Positions 1 through 9,672 of a stretch of DNA of 64,000 bases are shown here, one piece after another (the stretch's first letter is position 1; every line of letters starts with the position of its first letter). The DNA lies in NCBI GenBank assembly GCA_963819655.1, contig CAWFXA010000002.1, positions 1,015,361 through 1,079,360 of the forward strand, in the 5' to 3' direction. The notes beneath the pieces were generated by a model. That model was given only the letters and a program-made list of their open reading frames with translations. It did not search any database and was not told where the DNA came from. The stretch comes from an uncultured Chloroflexia bacterium. GTDB lineage: Bacteria; Chloroflexota; Limnocylindria; Limnocylindrales; CSP1-4. Both the position numbers and the translations under genes were made by a program.

Positions 1-975
1 GGGGTCGATCTGGAGCAGGCCGCGGTTGGCCGTCGTGCCGCCGTGGCCGTCGCCGTACGTTTCGAGCATCGCGCCGGTGAAGTTCTCGAGGACGCCGTCC
101 ATCATCAACTTGACGCTCGTCGGCGCGTACCGCCCGATGGCCGTCGCGCGCCGCCGTTCGATGAACTCCTCGATCTGCTCGGGGCCGCGGTTGCGATCCC
201 ACCACAGCGCGCCCACGACGCGACCGGTCAGCTCGCCGCGGGCGGCCAACGTCAAATACGCGCGCTCCTCCGTGTGCGGCTCGACGATCGCATCCTGCCA
301 GGCAGTGATGCCGAACCCGTGCAGGTGCCGCTGGCCCAGGCGAAGAGCTTCCTCGAGCTCGGCGGGCGTGTTGTCTGGCAGCAGCCGGGCGACCAGGTCC
401 ATGGCGCCTTCGTGGAGCGTGCCGCTCGGGGTCCCGTCCGGGTCGCGCTCGATCCGCCCGTCAGACGGATCGAGGGTCGCTGCCGTCACGCCGGCGAGCT
501 CCAGCGCCTTCGTGTTCACCCATGCGCCGTGGCCGTCCCGGTTCGTCAGGAACACCGGGCGATCCGGGAGGATCCGATCCAAAACCTCCCGACGCGGCGT
601 GCCGCCATCGAATGCCGCCATGTACCAGCCGCCGCCGCGGATCCATGCCTCGTCCGGGTGTGACCGTGCGTATGCCTCGATGACGTCGATGTCCTTTCCG
701 GACTCCGCGTCCGCATGGAGATCGCACCGAAGCATCGCGAGACCGCCGTGGACCGGATGCACGTGGGCATCCTGGAACCCGGGCGTGACCGTTCGTCCGC
801 GAAGGTCGATGACGCGCGATCGCGGCCCGATCAGGCCCTCGACCACTCGATCGGGCCCCACCGCCACGATCCGGCCATCACGAACAGCGAGGGCGGTCGC
901 CCACGAGCGTGCCGTGTCCATCGTCGCGATGCGGCCGTCACGGAGGATGAGGTCGGCGGGCTGTTCGGTCGTCAT
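1..975 (-). CDS. Amidohydrolase-family (metal-dependent hydrolase, YtcJ-like) protein, 3'-partial (C-terminus lies beyond window start)
   Basis: Manual reverse-strand translation from ATG at 975 gives MTTEQPADLILRDGRIATMDTARSWATALAVRDGRIVAVGPDRVVEGLIGPRSRVIDLRGRTVTPGFQDAHVHPVHGG..., a typical amidohydrolase N-terminus with the HxH metal motif. It is absent from the ORF track because there is no in-window stop. Confidence 0.7.
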   Translation of the reverse strand, partial: MTTEQPADLILRDGRIATMDTARSWATALAVRDGRIVAVGPDRVVEGLIGPRSRVIDLRGRTVTPGFQDAHVHPVHGGLAMLRCDLHADAESGKDIDVIEAYARSHPDEAWIRGGGWYMAAFDGGTPRREVLDRILPDRPVFLTNRDGHGAWVNTKALELAGVTAATLDPSDGRIERDPDGTPSGTLHEGAMDLVARLLPDNTPAELEEALRLGQRHLHGFGITAWQDAIVEPHTEERAYLTLAARGELTGRVVGALWWDRNRGPEQIEEFIERRRATAIGRYAPTSVKLMMDGVLENFTGAMLETYGDGHGGTTANRGLLQIDP

Positions 976-1049
976 CAGCGGAGTCTGGCGGGTCGCGCCG
1001 TGCGCCCCGACCGCATCCCACCCGGCGCGACGGCGTAGCATCGCCGCCC

Positions 1050-1598
1050 ATGGCATCGGTCCACCTCCTCCACGCCGGCTACTCGGGCGAGCGGACGGCA
1101 TCGTCGATCGTGCTGGTGCGCGACGGTGACGCACTCATCGTCAGCGATCCGGGGATGGTCGCGCGCCGCTCGCTGATCCTCGATCCCCTGGCGGAGCTCG
1201 GGATCGATCCGGCAGCGGTGACGCACGTCTTCCTCAGCCATCACCACCCCGACCACACGATCAACGTGGCGCTCTTTCCGAACGCCGAGGTGGTCGATTT
1301 CTGGGCCCGCTACCGCGACGACCTGTGGCTCGACATGCCGGGTGACGGGTACCGCCTCTCCCCGAACGCCCAGTTGTGGCTGACCCCCGGCCACACGGCC
1401 GAGGACGCGTCGTTGATCGTCGAAGCGGACGACGGCGTCTACGCGATGACCCATCTGTGGTGGCACGCGGACCGCACTCCCGAGTTCGATCCGGTCGCCG
1501 ACGACCAGGGGGCGATCGCGGCCGGTCGCGAGCGCGTGCTGGCGGTCGCCGACGTGGTCATCCCTGGTCATGGCGGCGCTTTCCGGGTGGCCCGCTAG
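1050..1598 (+). CDS. MBL-fold metallo-hydrolase
   Basis: HHHPDH (HxHxDH) zinc-binding motif; the 182-aa length fits a beta-lactamase-fold hydrolase. Confidence 0.8.
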   Translation: MASVHLLHAGYSGERTASSIVLVRDGDALIVSDPGMVARRSLILDPLAELGIDPAAVTHVFLSHHHPDHTINVALFPNAEVVDFWARYRDDLWLDMPGDGYRLSPNAQLWLTPGHTAEDASLIVEADDGVYAMTHLWWHADRTPEFDPVADDQGAIAAGRERVLAVADVVIPGHGGAFRVAR

Positions 1599-1623
1599 GA
1601 ACCGGCGAATCGGCGAATCCAGA

Positions 1624-2373
1624 TCAGTGCGATCCGCGTCGACGGGCCGTGATGTTCAATCGGACGTAATCGATCACAGGCTCGCCGACCGCGTCGGCGA
1701 CGGCGCGGACGAAGCCCTCGTGCTCGTCCGCCGGCAGTCGATCGAGGTGTGGCCCCAGCACGACCGCCTTTAGGTAGGTCTCGAACGGCTCCCCGGGCTC
1801 GAGCCTCGTGGGCTCGTCGGTCAGCCAGCATTCGACGTCCACGTAGCCGGCTGCCTCGAGCCGGCGTGCGGTCGCCAGCGGCGTCTCGTAGTGAGCCGGC
1901 CCGAGCCACCCGTCGCCGACCGTCGCCAGGGCCCGCTTGATCCGGCCGATATTGCCGGCGCCGCCACACTGCGCGACCAGCCAGCCGGCGGGACGGGTGA
2001 CGGCCGCGAGGTTGTGGAAGAGCGCATCGTGGTCGGGGACCCAGTGGAAGGTCGCCGTCGAGAAGACGGCATCGAGCAGTCCATCGACCGGCAGCGGTCG
2101 ACCGAGGTCGGCGACGATGTACTCGATCCGATCCCCGAAGCGGTCCAGCCGCGCGTGGGCGGCGTCGATCATGGCCGGCGATCCGTCGAGGGCGACGACC
2201 CTGCCTCGCGGGAGGCGTTCAGCGAGCTGCTCGGTCACGCGGCCGGTCCCGCAGCCGGCATCCATCACCCGCTCATCGCCCGCCAGCGGGAGGCGGTCGA
2301 GGGTCCCCATGCCCCAGCGCGTCATCGGATCGGCGACGCGGTCGTACGTGCGAGCGTCCCAGTCGCGCGCCAT
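1624..2373 (-). CDS. Class I SAM-dependent methyltransferase (trans-aconitate methyltransferase-like)
   Basis: VMDAGCGTGRVT glycine-rich SAM-binding motif. The likely true start MARDWDARTY at 2373 overlaps the stop of the upstream MFS gene in a TGATG arrangement. Confidence 0.8.
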   Translation of the reverse strand: MARDWDARTYDRVADPMTRWGMGTLDRLPLAGDERVMDAGCGTGRVTEQLAERLPRGRVVALDGSPAMIDAAHARLDRFGDRIEYIVADLGRPLPVDGLLDAVFSTATFHWVPDHDALFHNLAAVTRPAGWLVAQCGGAGNIGRIKRALATVGDGWLGPAHYETPLATARRLEAAGYVDVECWLTDEPTRLEPGEPFETYLKAVVLGPHLDRLPADEHEGFVRAVADAVGEPVIDYVRLNITARRRGSH

Positions 2374-3920
2374 CAGTCGCTTAACCTCTCGGGTCGGAGG
2401 CCGACCCATGAGACCGTCCCACCGACGGCGACGAGCGCCGCGGCCACGCCCATCGCCAGGTGGAACGCCTCGATCGAGGCGCTGGCCGCGGCGGCGATCT
2501 GGTCCGGCGTCGCCCCCGGCCGTGGCGGGTTCAGCGGCGGGAATGCGGCCCTGACGGCCGCCGACGACGTGTCGAGTTCCGGCGCCGTCGCCGCCAGGTT
2601 CGCGTAAAAGGTGTTGCTCAACGCGAGGAAGATGACGGCGCCGAGGAGCGGCTGTCCGACCCGGGCGATGGCGTTGTTGATCGCCGAGCCGAGGCCCGAG
2701 AAGCGTGCCGGGATCGAGCCCATCAGGGTGTTCGTGAGCGGGGCGACGACGCAGGCGATGCCGACCCCGAACAGCACGACGGCCGGCAGGACGTCGGTGA
2801 GGACAGCCGCCGGCGGGATGAGGGAGGCCGGCTCATCCACGCTCGCTTGCCAGGGGGTGGAGGTCACAGGGAGGCGCGTGAACCACAACAGGCCGAGCGC
2901 CATCAACGCGGGCCCGAGCGTGAGGAAACGCCGCGCACCGGTACGTCCCGCGAGCGCGCCGATGCGCGTCGACAACGTGATGAGGCAGATCCCCATCGGC
3001 AGGACCGCCGCGCCAGCAGCGATCGCCGTGTAGCCGAGCGCGCCCTGGAGGGTGATGCTCAGGTAGCTGAGCATCACGTACAGGCCGCCGTAGACGAAGA
3101 ACGTCGCGATGTTGACCGTCGTGAACACCCGTGACCGGAACAGCCCGAGTGGGACGAGCGGGTCGGGGCGCGTGGCCATCAGCACCGGGAAGGCGACGAG
3201 AGCGATGGCCCCGATCGCGATCGCGATCCACGCGGCGGCATCCTGCCACTCGTTCGCGCCGCCACGGATCACGCCGAACGACAGGCCGCCCACGGCGAGA
3301 GCCGCGACGATGGAGCCCAGCCAATCGAACCGGCGCCGCGAATCGATGTCGCGTGACTCGGCGACGTGGCGCAACGTGATCACCAGCGCGATGGCGAGGA
3401 TCGGGACGTTGACGAGGAAGGCGATCCGCCAGCCGATCGTGTCGACGAGCAGACCGCCGACGAGCGGTCCGACCAGGGCAAGAGCCGACGTCGCCGAGGT
3501 CCACAGGCCGAACGCGCGACCGCGCTCGGACTCCGAGAACGTCTGCGTGATGATCGAGAGTGCGCCCGGCACCATGAGGGCGCCGGCCGCGCCCTGGAGG
3601 AGGCGCGCGACGATCAGGACCTCGAGCGTCGGGGCGAGACCGCACAGGCCCGACGTGATCGCAAACCCGGCGAGACCGATGGCGTAGACCCGGCGCCGGC
3701 CGTACCGATCGGACAGTGCCCCGGCCAGGATCAGGAGCGCGGCAAGGACTGCCAGGTAGCCGCTGATGACGTAGGTCTGACCCTCGAGGACGCCGACCAG
3801 CGTGGCCGGCAACTCGCGCCCGATCCGGGGCAGCGCGGAGTTGACGATCGTCCCGTCGAGGAACACGGCGCCGGACCCGATGACCGTCGCGACGAGGGTC
3901 CATCGTTGGCGCGGCGTCAT
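2373..3920 (-). CDS. MFS transporter, DHA2-like (14-TMS drug:H+ antiporter family)
   Basis: 515 aa with many hydrophobic helices; MFS motifs including ALSDRYGRRRV after TM2. Confidence 0.85.
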   Translation of the reverse strand: MTPRQRWTLVATVIGSGAVFLDGTIVNSALPRIGRELPATLVGVLEGQTYVISGYLAVLAALLILAGALSDRYGRRRVYAIGLAGFAITSGLCGLAPTLEVLIVARLLQGAAGALMVPGALSIITQTFSESERGRAFGLWTSATSALALVGPLVGGLLVDTIGWRIAFLVNVPILAIALVITLRHVAESRDIDSRRRFDWLGSIVAALAVGGLSFGVIRGGANEWQDAAAWIAIAIGAIALVAFPVLMATRPDPLVPLGLFRSRVFTTVNIATFFVYGGLYVMLSYLSITLQGALGYTAIAAGAAVLPMGICLITLSTRIGALAGRTGARRFLTLGPALMALGLLWFTRLPVTSTPWQASVDEPASLIPPAAVLTDVLPAVVLFGVGIACVVAPLTNTLMGSIPARFSGLGSAINNAIARVGQPLLGAVIFLALSNTFYANLAATAPELDTSSAAVRAAFPPLNPPRPGATPDQIAAAASASIEAFHLAMGVAAALVAVGGTVSWVGLRPERLSD

Positions 3921-3952
3921 CGCGGCAGTGTCGCAGATAGACTCTCGGCGCT

Positions 3953-4660
3953 ATGCCCGGACCTGTGGCACTCGTCGGCGCCGGCGAGTTCCTCCCATCG
4001 ATGTCGTCGTTCGACGCCAGCCTGCTCGCCGCGACCGGCGTGGCGCGCCCGCGTGTGGTAATCCTGCCGACCGCCTCATTCCCCGACGGCGAGGCCGTCT
4101 TCAAGCGCTGGGCGGAGATGGGTGTGGCGCATTTCGCGGGTCTCGGCGCGGAGGTCGAACCGGTCATGGTGCGCGATCGTGCCGATGCCGACGACCCGGC
4201 AGCGGTCCAGGCCGTCGGCGAGGCGGACGTCGTCTACCTGTCCGGCGGGAAACCGTCCTACCTCCTCAAGGCGCTGGCCGGGAGCGCGGTCGGTGAGGCG
4301 TTGGCCGGTGCCCACCAGCGCGGCGCGGCGTTGGCCGGCTGCTCGGCCGGGGCGATGGCGCTGGCCGGGCATTCGTTCGACTTCCGCGTCCGCCTCATGC
4401 CGTTCCCGCTGCGCTGGGGGAGTGGCCTGGGGTTCGCGCCGGACGTGTCGGTGGTGCCGCACTACGACGCCTGGCCGGAGCCGTTCTCGGCCCTGATCGC
4501 GTTCCAGGCACCGCGCGGCTCGACCGTGCTCGGGATCGACGAGGACACGGCCGTCGTTGGTCACGAAGGCGGCTGGCAGGTGCACGGAGCGTCGCGGGTC
4601 ACCGTCTGGCGTGGCCGTCGCAGGGAGCGCTTCCGCGCGGGCGAGGTGTTCCGGGTCTAG
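3953..4660 (+). CDS. Type 1 glutamine amidotransferase-like / peptidase E (S51, cyanophycinase-like) family protein
   Basis: 235 aa; VVILPTAS...YLSGGKPSY...GCSAGAMA pattern typical of S51 dipeptidase E-like proteins. Confidence 0.65.
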   Translation: MPGPVALVGAGEFLPSMSSFDASLLAATGVARPRVVILPTASFPDGEAVFKRWAEMGVAHFAGLGAEVEPVMVRDRADADDPAAVQAVGEADVVYLSGGKPSYLLKALAGSAVGEALAGAHQRGAALAGCSAGAMALAGHSFDFRVRLMPFPLRWGSGLGFAPDVSVVPHYDAWPEPFSALIAFQAPRGSTVLGIDEDTAVVGHEGGWQVHGASRVTVWRGRRRERFRAGEVFRV

Positions 4661-4701
4661 GTCGTGGCCGGCGCGGGGCTCGCTCCCCTCCCGGGACCTG
4701 G

Positions 4702-5040
4702 TCAGTCGGGCCGCACCGTCCGGAAGCAGTCCGAGCAGTACACGGGGCGGTCCATCCGGGGTCGGAACGGGACCTGCGCCTGGTTGCCGCACGACGAGCA
4801 GACCACCGCGAAGTACTCGCGATCGGGGCGCTCGACGCTCCGCTCGTAGCCGCGCGGGCCGCCGATCTCGCGGACGTCGTAGCCCCCATCGCGAGCCGCC
4901 CGACGGCTGGCGCGGCAGCTCGTGCATCGCTTCGGGTCGGAGGCGAAACCCTTCTGGACGTAATACTCCTGATCGGCCGCCGAATGGATGAATTCGACGC
5001 CGCAGTCGACACATGTGAGGGTCCGATCAGCGTAGGTCAC
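4702..5040 (-). CDS. Zinc-ribbon domain protein (four CxxC pairs)
   Basis: CVDCG...CTSCR...CSSCG...CSDC motifs. The ORF-track ORF (4702..5232) appears over-extended; a GTG at 5040 is preceded by GGAGGAG 5 nt upstream, giving a 112-aa product. Confidence 0.6.
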   Translation of the reverse strand: MTYADRTLTCVDCGVEFIHSAADQEYYVQKGFASDPKRCTSCRASRRAARDGGYDVREIGGPRGYERSVERPDREYFAVVCSSCGNQAQVPFRPRMDRPVYCSDCFRTVRPD

Positions 5041-5259
5041 GTTGCTCCTCCGGGACGCGATGGTCGGCTGGGTGCGCCTGCGGAGGGCGACCGCATCGGC
5101 AGTCGGGAAAGCGAGGTCTGGCGAGAGAAGCCGGGCCCCGGCGACCCAGGTGCCGATGTCGGAATCCCTGTCTGCGGGGCGCACCGGTTCGTTCGTGCGG
5201 CGCAGGATACAACGGCTTCGAAAATCGGACATGCCAGCGGCGTAGGCTGGCTGGCGGCC

Positions 5260-5278
5260 GTGACAACGTACCTGTCAC
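5260..5278. promoter_or_regulatory. Perfect palindrome GTGACA-N7-TGTCAC in the divergent promoter region between the zinc-ribbon gene and sbcD
   Basis: Read directly from the sequence; ~130 bp upstream of the sbcD start. Confidence 0.25.
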
Positions 5279-5406
5279 AATGGCGCGCGAGGATCCGGGG
5301 TGGCGAGCGGGGAGTCATGGGGGCGCCTCGCTCGCGCCATACCACCAGGGTAGCGCCGGATCGTGATCGCCCGAGCCGTCAGCAATGAGAGGGCAGACCC
5401 GAGCGG

Positions 5407-6597
5407 ATGCTACGGATCATCCACACCGCGGACGTCCACCTCGGCGCGCGCCACGACGACCTCGGTGAGCAGGCCAGCGCCCAACGCGAGCGCCAATTCG
5501 CCGCCTTCGCGGCCACCGTCGATCTGGCGCTGGCCGAGAAGGTCGACCTCGTCCTGATCGCCGGCGACCTGTTCGACAGCAACGTCCAGCCGCGGCGGTC
5601 GGTCGAACGCGTCGCTGCGGAGATCAAGCGGCTCGCGGGCGGCAAGATCCGGACCGTGATCGTGCCCGGGACCCACGACGCATACGACCGGTCGTCGATA
5701 TACCGCGCGTACGACCTGAAGGCCATGTCCGGAAGCACGCCGGACGACGACTGGGTGACGGTCCTGACGCCCGAGCTGCCGCGGATCCACCTGTCCGCCT
5801 GCGACGTCGTCGTTCATGGCCCCGTCTTCGCGACGAAGCGTGCGCCGCACAGCCCTCTACGCGACCTCGATGTCGCGTCCCACAAGGGCACCGCGGCGTG
5901 GCAGGTCGGCGTGCTCCACGGCTCGGTCGCGATCCCCGGCAAGACGGACCGCGACGACGTCGTCATCACGACCGACGAGATCGGTGCGAGCGGTCTCGAC
6001 TACCTCGCCCTCGGCCACTGGCATTCGGCGCGCCAAGGCAAGTCCGGCGGCGTGACCTTCGCCTATTCGGGCGCGCCAGAGCCTGTCGCGCTCAACCAGG
6101 ATCGTGCCGGCAGGGTCCTGCACGTCCAGCTCGAACAGACGGGTCCCGGGCGCAGCGTCGGCGTCACGGAGCGAGCGGTCGGCAAGACGCGTTTCGAGAA
6201 ATTGGAGCTCGATGCCGCCGGGGTGACGACCCAGCCTGCGCTGATCGACAGCCTCAAGCGCAAGGGCGATCCCGACCTGGTCCTCGACGCCCGGATCGTC
6301 GGCGTGCGCCCGGACGAGCTCGACCTCCACCCCGAGGAGATCGAGACTGCCCTCGCTCCATCGTTCCTGAAGGTGCGCGTGCGCGACCTGAGCTCGCCCG
6401 CATTGACCGAGGGAATCCTCCCGTCGCCCGACACCATCGCCGGCGCCTTCATCCGCGATCTCGAGGCGCGCATCGCCGAGCTCGAGGCGGCGCCCGCGTC
6501 CGGATCCGAGGTCGACACCGCGGTCGAGGCGGCCGAGTTGCGCGACTCGCTCCGGCTCGGCCGGCTCCTGTTGGACGGCCACGAGGTGTCCCTGTGA
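5407..6597 (+). CDS. sbcD: DNA repair exonuclease SbcD/Mre11-family (YhaO/SbcF-like metallophosphoesterase)
   Basis: N-terminal IHTADVHLG and GDLFD calcineurin-like phosphoesterase motifs; GTGA overlap with the downstream ATPase gene. Confidence 0.85.
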   Translation: MLRIIHTADVHLGARHDDLGEQASAQRERQFAAFAATVDLALAEKVDLVLIAGDLFDSNVQPRRSVERVAAEIKRLAGGKIRTVIVPGTHDAYDRSSIYRAYDLKAMSGSTPDDDWVTVLTPELPRIHLSACDVVVHGPVFATKRAPHSPLRDLDVASHKGTAAWQVGVLHGSVAIPGKTDRDDVVITTDEIGASGLDYLALGHWHSARQGKSGGVTFAYSGAPEPVALNQDRAGRVLHVQLEQTGPGRSVGVTERAVGKTRFEKLELDAAGVTTQPALIDSLKRKGDPDLVLDARIVGVRPDELDLHPEEIETALAPSFLKVRVRDLSSPALTEGILPSPDTIAGAFIRDLEARIAELEAAPASGSEVDTAVEAAELRDSLRLGRLLLDGHEVSL

Positions 6598-8805
6598 GGA
6601 TCCGCCGGCTGCAGGTGCGGGATATGCGCCGGTACCGCGAGCTCGATATCGACCTTGCCCCTGGCGTCACCGTCGTCCGCGGCCCGAACGAGGCCGGCAA
6701 GAGCACCATCCAGCGAGCCATCGAGCTCGCCCTCACCCGCCGGGTGACAAGCAACGCGGGCGACCTCGAGACCCTGCGACCGTGGGATGCCGCCGCCGAC
6801 GCACGTCCGTGGGTCTCGATCGAATTCGAGCAGGACGAGGAGGACGGGCGCACCGCGACCGGAACGCTCGAGAAGTGGTTCGGGGGCCAGAAGGGCACCG
6901 TCGATCTCGTGTACGACGGTCAGCGCGTCACCGACCCGGCGCTCGCGGACCAGGTCCTTGCCGAGCTCTCCGGCATCCCGACCGAGGCATTCTTCCGGTC
7001 GACCGCGTCGGTCCGCCATCACGAGCTGAGCGATGTCGCCCGTGACGAGGCGGCGCTCCGGGACCGGCTCCAGGCGAGCATCAGCGGCGCCGATCGCGGC
7101 ACCGGGCGCGCCAAGAAGAAGCTCGAGCGGGCGATCTTCGAGCTGACGACGAAGGGTGACAAGAACCCTGGCAGGCTCAAGGTCGCGGAGGCGACAGTCG
7201 CCCAGGCGGTGGTAGCGGTCGAGAAGGGCGAGCTCGACCTGGCCCAGCTCGAGCGCGACCGCGACACGCTGTCGGGCGCGCGCGAGCGCCGGACCGAAGC
7301 GGAGGGCGGCCTGGCGGAGCGCCGGGCCATGCTCGAGAAGGCCCGTCAGGCCGAGCGTCTCGAGGCGGAGCGAACGTCCGCTCGCGAACGGTATGAGCGC
7401 TTCCGCGAAGCGGTCGAGGTCTCGACCGAGCTCGACGAGCTCGCACAGACCCACCCCTCGCCGAACCCGTTGCCGGTGATCCGCCAGGCAGTCGAGCGTC
7501 TGCGCGTGCTCGACACCCGGATCGCGCGAGCTGCGGGCAGCGCTCGCAGGCGAGATCGACGTCAACTTCGACGTGGCCCCCGAGCCGACCTGGCGGCCGC
7601 TCTCGCGCTGGGGTCTGTTCGCCGTCCTGATCGGGGCGCTGGTGGCCGGCGGCAGCTTCGTCTTGCAGACGCTCGGGATCGTCAACCTTGGCATGGCGCC
7701 CTTGTACATCGGCGCGGCCGTGGCGCTGATCGGTGGGATCCTGAGCGCCGTCGCGCTGTGGCTGCGACGGGGCTCGTCGATGCAGGAGCAGCTCCGCGGC
7801 GACGAGATCGACCGTCGGCTGCGCGGCCGCTCGGAGATGGAGGCGGAGCTCCGCCAGGCGGAGCTCGATGCGGAGCAGCAGCTCGGGACGCTCGGCCTGG
7901 ACGACCTCGCGGCTGCCGAGGACCTCCTCGCACGCGAGGAGGCGCACGTCGCGCGGATGGACCAGATGACCGCACAGCTCGATGGGCTTGTCGGCAAGGA
8001 GCCGCGCGAGACGTTGCCGAAGCTACGCGATGCGGCGGCCCTCGAGATCGAACAGAAGACCAGCGCGCTCGATGCGCTCGGGCCGATCGCCAAGGAATCC
8101 CGGGCGCGTGAGCGCCTCGAGGTCGAGGTCCGTGACGGCGAGGCCGCGCTCGACCGCGCGCGCGACGACGAGGCCAATGCCCGCGCGCGCGTCGAGAACA
8201 ATCGCGTGGACGCGGAGGAGGTCGCGGCCGAGGCAGAGCGCCTGGCCGTCTGGCGTGAGCAGCTCGCGCTCCTGCAGCGCCGGCACCGTGTGCTCGAGAC
8301 CACCTTGCGCGCGATCGAGCGCGCCGAGACCGCGACGATGAAGACCGCCACGCGCTATCTCGAGGGCCACATGGTCCGCGACGTCGCGACCGTCACGGGC
8401 GGCCGCTATCGACGTGTGCGGGTCGACGACAAGACGCTCGACATCGACGTCCACGCCCCCGAGCGGGGCGACTGGGTGCCGGTCGGCACACTCAGCCAGG
8501 GCACGCTGGACCTCGTGTACCTGACGGCGCGCCTCGGACTGGTGCGCCTCGTGACCGGGGATCGGCGCCCGCCGCTCGTCCTCGATGACCCGTTCGTGAC
8601 GCTCGATGACGAGCGCGCGACGCGCGCCCTGGCGCTCCTGAAGCGCGTCGCAGACGACTTCCAGATCATCTATCTGACGACATCGGACCGGTACGACGGC
8701 GCGGCGCATGCCGTCGTCGAGCTGCCCGGTCCGGCCACGATCGACGACGGGGTCGCCGATCCGTCGCTCACACCGGTCGAGAGCGCGAGCGGGGCCAGAG
8801 CCTGA
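6594..8805 (+). CDS. sbcC: SbcC-like AAA/ABC-type ATPase with central transmembrane hairpin (YhaN/SbcE-like); apparent frameshift near 7530
   Basis: Walker A GPNEAGKST at the N-terminus, long coiled-coil, two hydrophobic helices (LFAVLIGALVAGGSF...LYIGAAVALIGGILSAVALWL), and C-terminal Walker B/D-loop LVLDDPFVTLDDERA. The N-terminal half reads in frame 0 and the C-terminal half in frame 1, joining around 7525-7535. Confidence 0.8.
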
Positions 8806-8819
8806 TCGACACCCTCCCG

Positions 8820-9668
8820 GTGGGGACCCTGACCGTGGTCTTCGGCCTGGCCGCGGCCGTGGCCTGGGGCGCGGGCGATTTCGGTGGCGGCCTGGCGAGC
8901 CGTCGGGTGCCCGTCTACGGCGTCGTCCTCGTCTCCCAGGCGACCGGCCTCGTCATGTGCGTCGCGGCAGCGACGATCCTCGGCGAAGCCTTTCCGACCG
9001 GGAACGACCTCATCGTCTGCGCGATCGGCGGGGTCCTGGGCGCGTTCGGGATCACGATGCTCTATCGCGGCCTCGCGATCGGTCGGATGGGGATCGTGGC
9101 CCCGGTCACGGGCGTCCTCGCCGCGGTGATCCCGGTCGTCGCCGGGTTCGTCATCGAGGGCGTGCCGCCGCCGCTGGTCATCGTGGGGATCGTCATCGCA
9201 GTCGTGGCGGTGATCCTGGTCTCACGGGTGGCCGACGAGACCGGCAGTCGCGCCGGGCTCACGGAAGCGCTGACCGGGGGGACCGCGATCGGCCTGTTCG
9301 GCGTCGCCATCTCGCAGCTGAGCCCGGGCGACGTGTTCGGTGACCTGGCGGTCATCCGGCTGGTCCAGGGCGTCCTCGTGGCGGGGGCGGTCCTCGTGAT
9401 GCGAGCGGCGTGGCGGCCGGGCCGATCGCTCCTGCTCCCGCTGATCCTCATCGGCGTCCTGGACACGGCAGGCAATGGGTTCTACCTGGCCGCCGTGCAG
9501 ACCGGCCAGCTTGCGATCGCGTCTGTGCTCTCGGCGATGTATCCGGTCGCCACGGTCGTCCTCGCCGCGGTCGTGCTGCGCGAACCGGTGACGCGCGATC
9601 ATTCGATCGGGATCCTCCTGGCCGGTGTGGCGATCGCGCTGATCGGCGTCGGGGGCGCCCAGACCTAG
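8820..9668 (+). CDS. DMT-family (EamA-like) transporter
   Basis: 282 aa with ~10 TMS and EamA-like repeats; GTG start. Confidence 0.8.
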   Translation: MGTLTVVFGLAAAVAWGAGDFGGGLASRRVPVYGVVLVSQATGLVMCVAAATILGEAFPTGNDLIVCAIGGVLGAFGITMLYRGLAIGRMGIVAPVTGVLAAVIPVVAGFVIEGVPPPLVIVGIVIAVVAVILVSRVADETGSRAGLTEALTGGTAIGLFGVAISQLSPGDVFGDLAVIRLVQGVLVAGAVLVMRAAWRPGRSLLLPLILIGVLDTAGNGFYLAAVQTGQLAIASVLSAMYPVATVVLAAVVLREPVTRDHSIGILLAGVAIALIGVGGAQT

Positions 9669-9672
9669 ACAC

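Noticed and set aside
2833-4167. Long ORFs antisense or out of frame to real genes (for example 2833..4167, 6063..8351, 11780..13132, 13439..14659, 20570..21532, 24323..25564, 31350..33413)
   Set aside because: High GC suppresses stop codons on all frames. These translations are dominated by Arg/Pro/Gly/Ala with no recognizable motifs, and they overlap well-supported genes.
5898-8111. 737-aa ORF spanning the end of sbcD and the first half of sbcC
   Set aside because: Its first 230 aa are Arg/Pro/Gly-rich antisense-type translation. It merely shares a frame with the genuine sbcC N-terminus (GTG start at 6594) and runs on after the frameshift.
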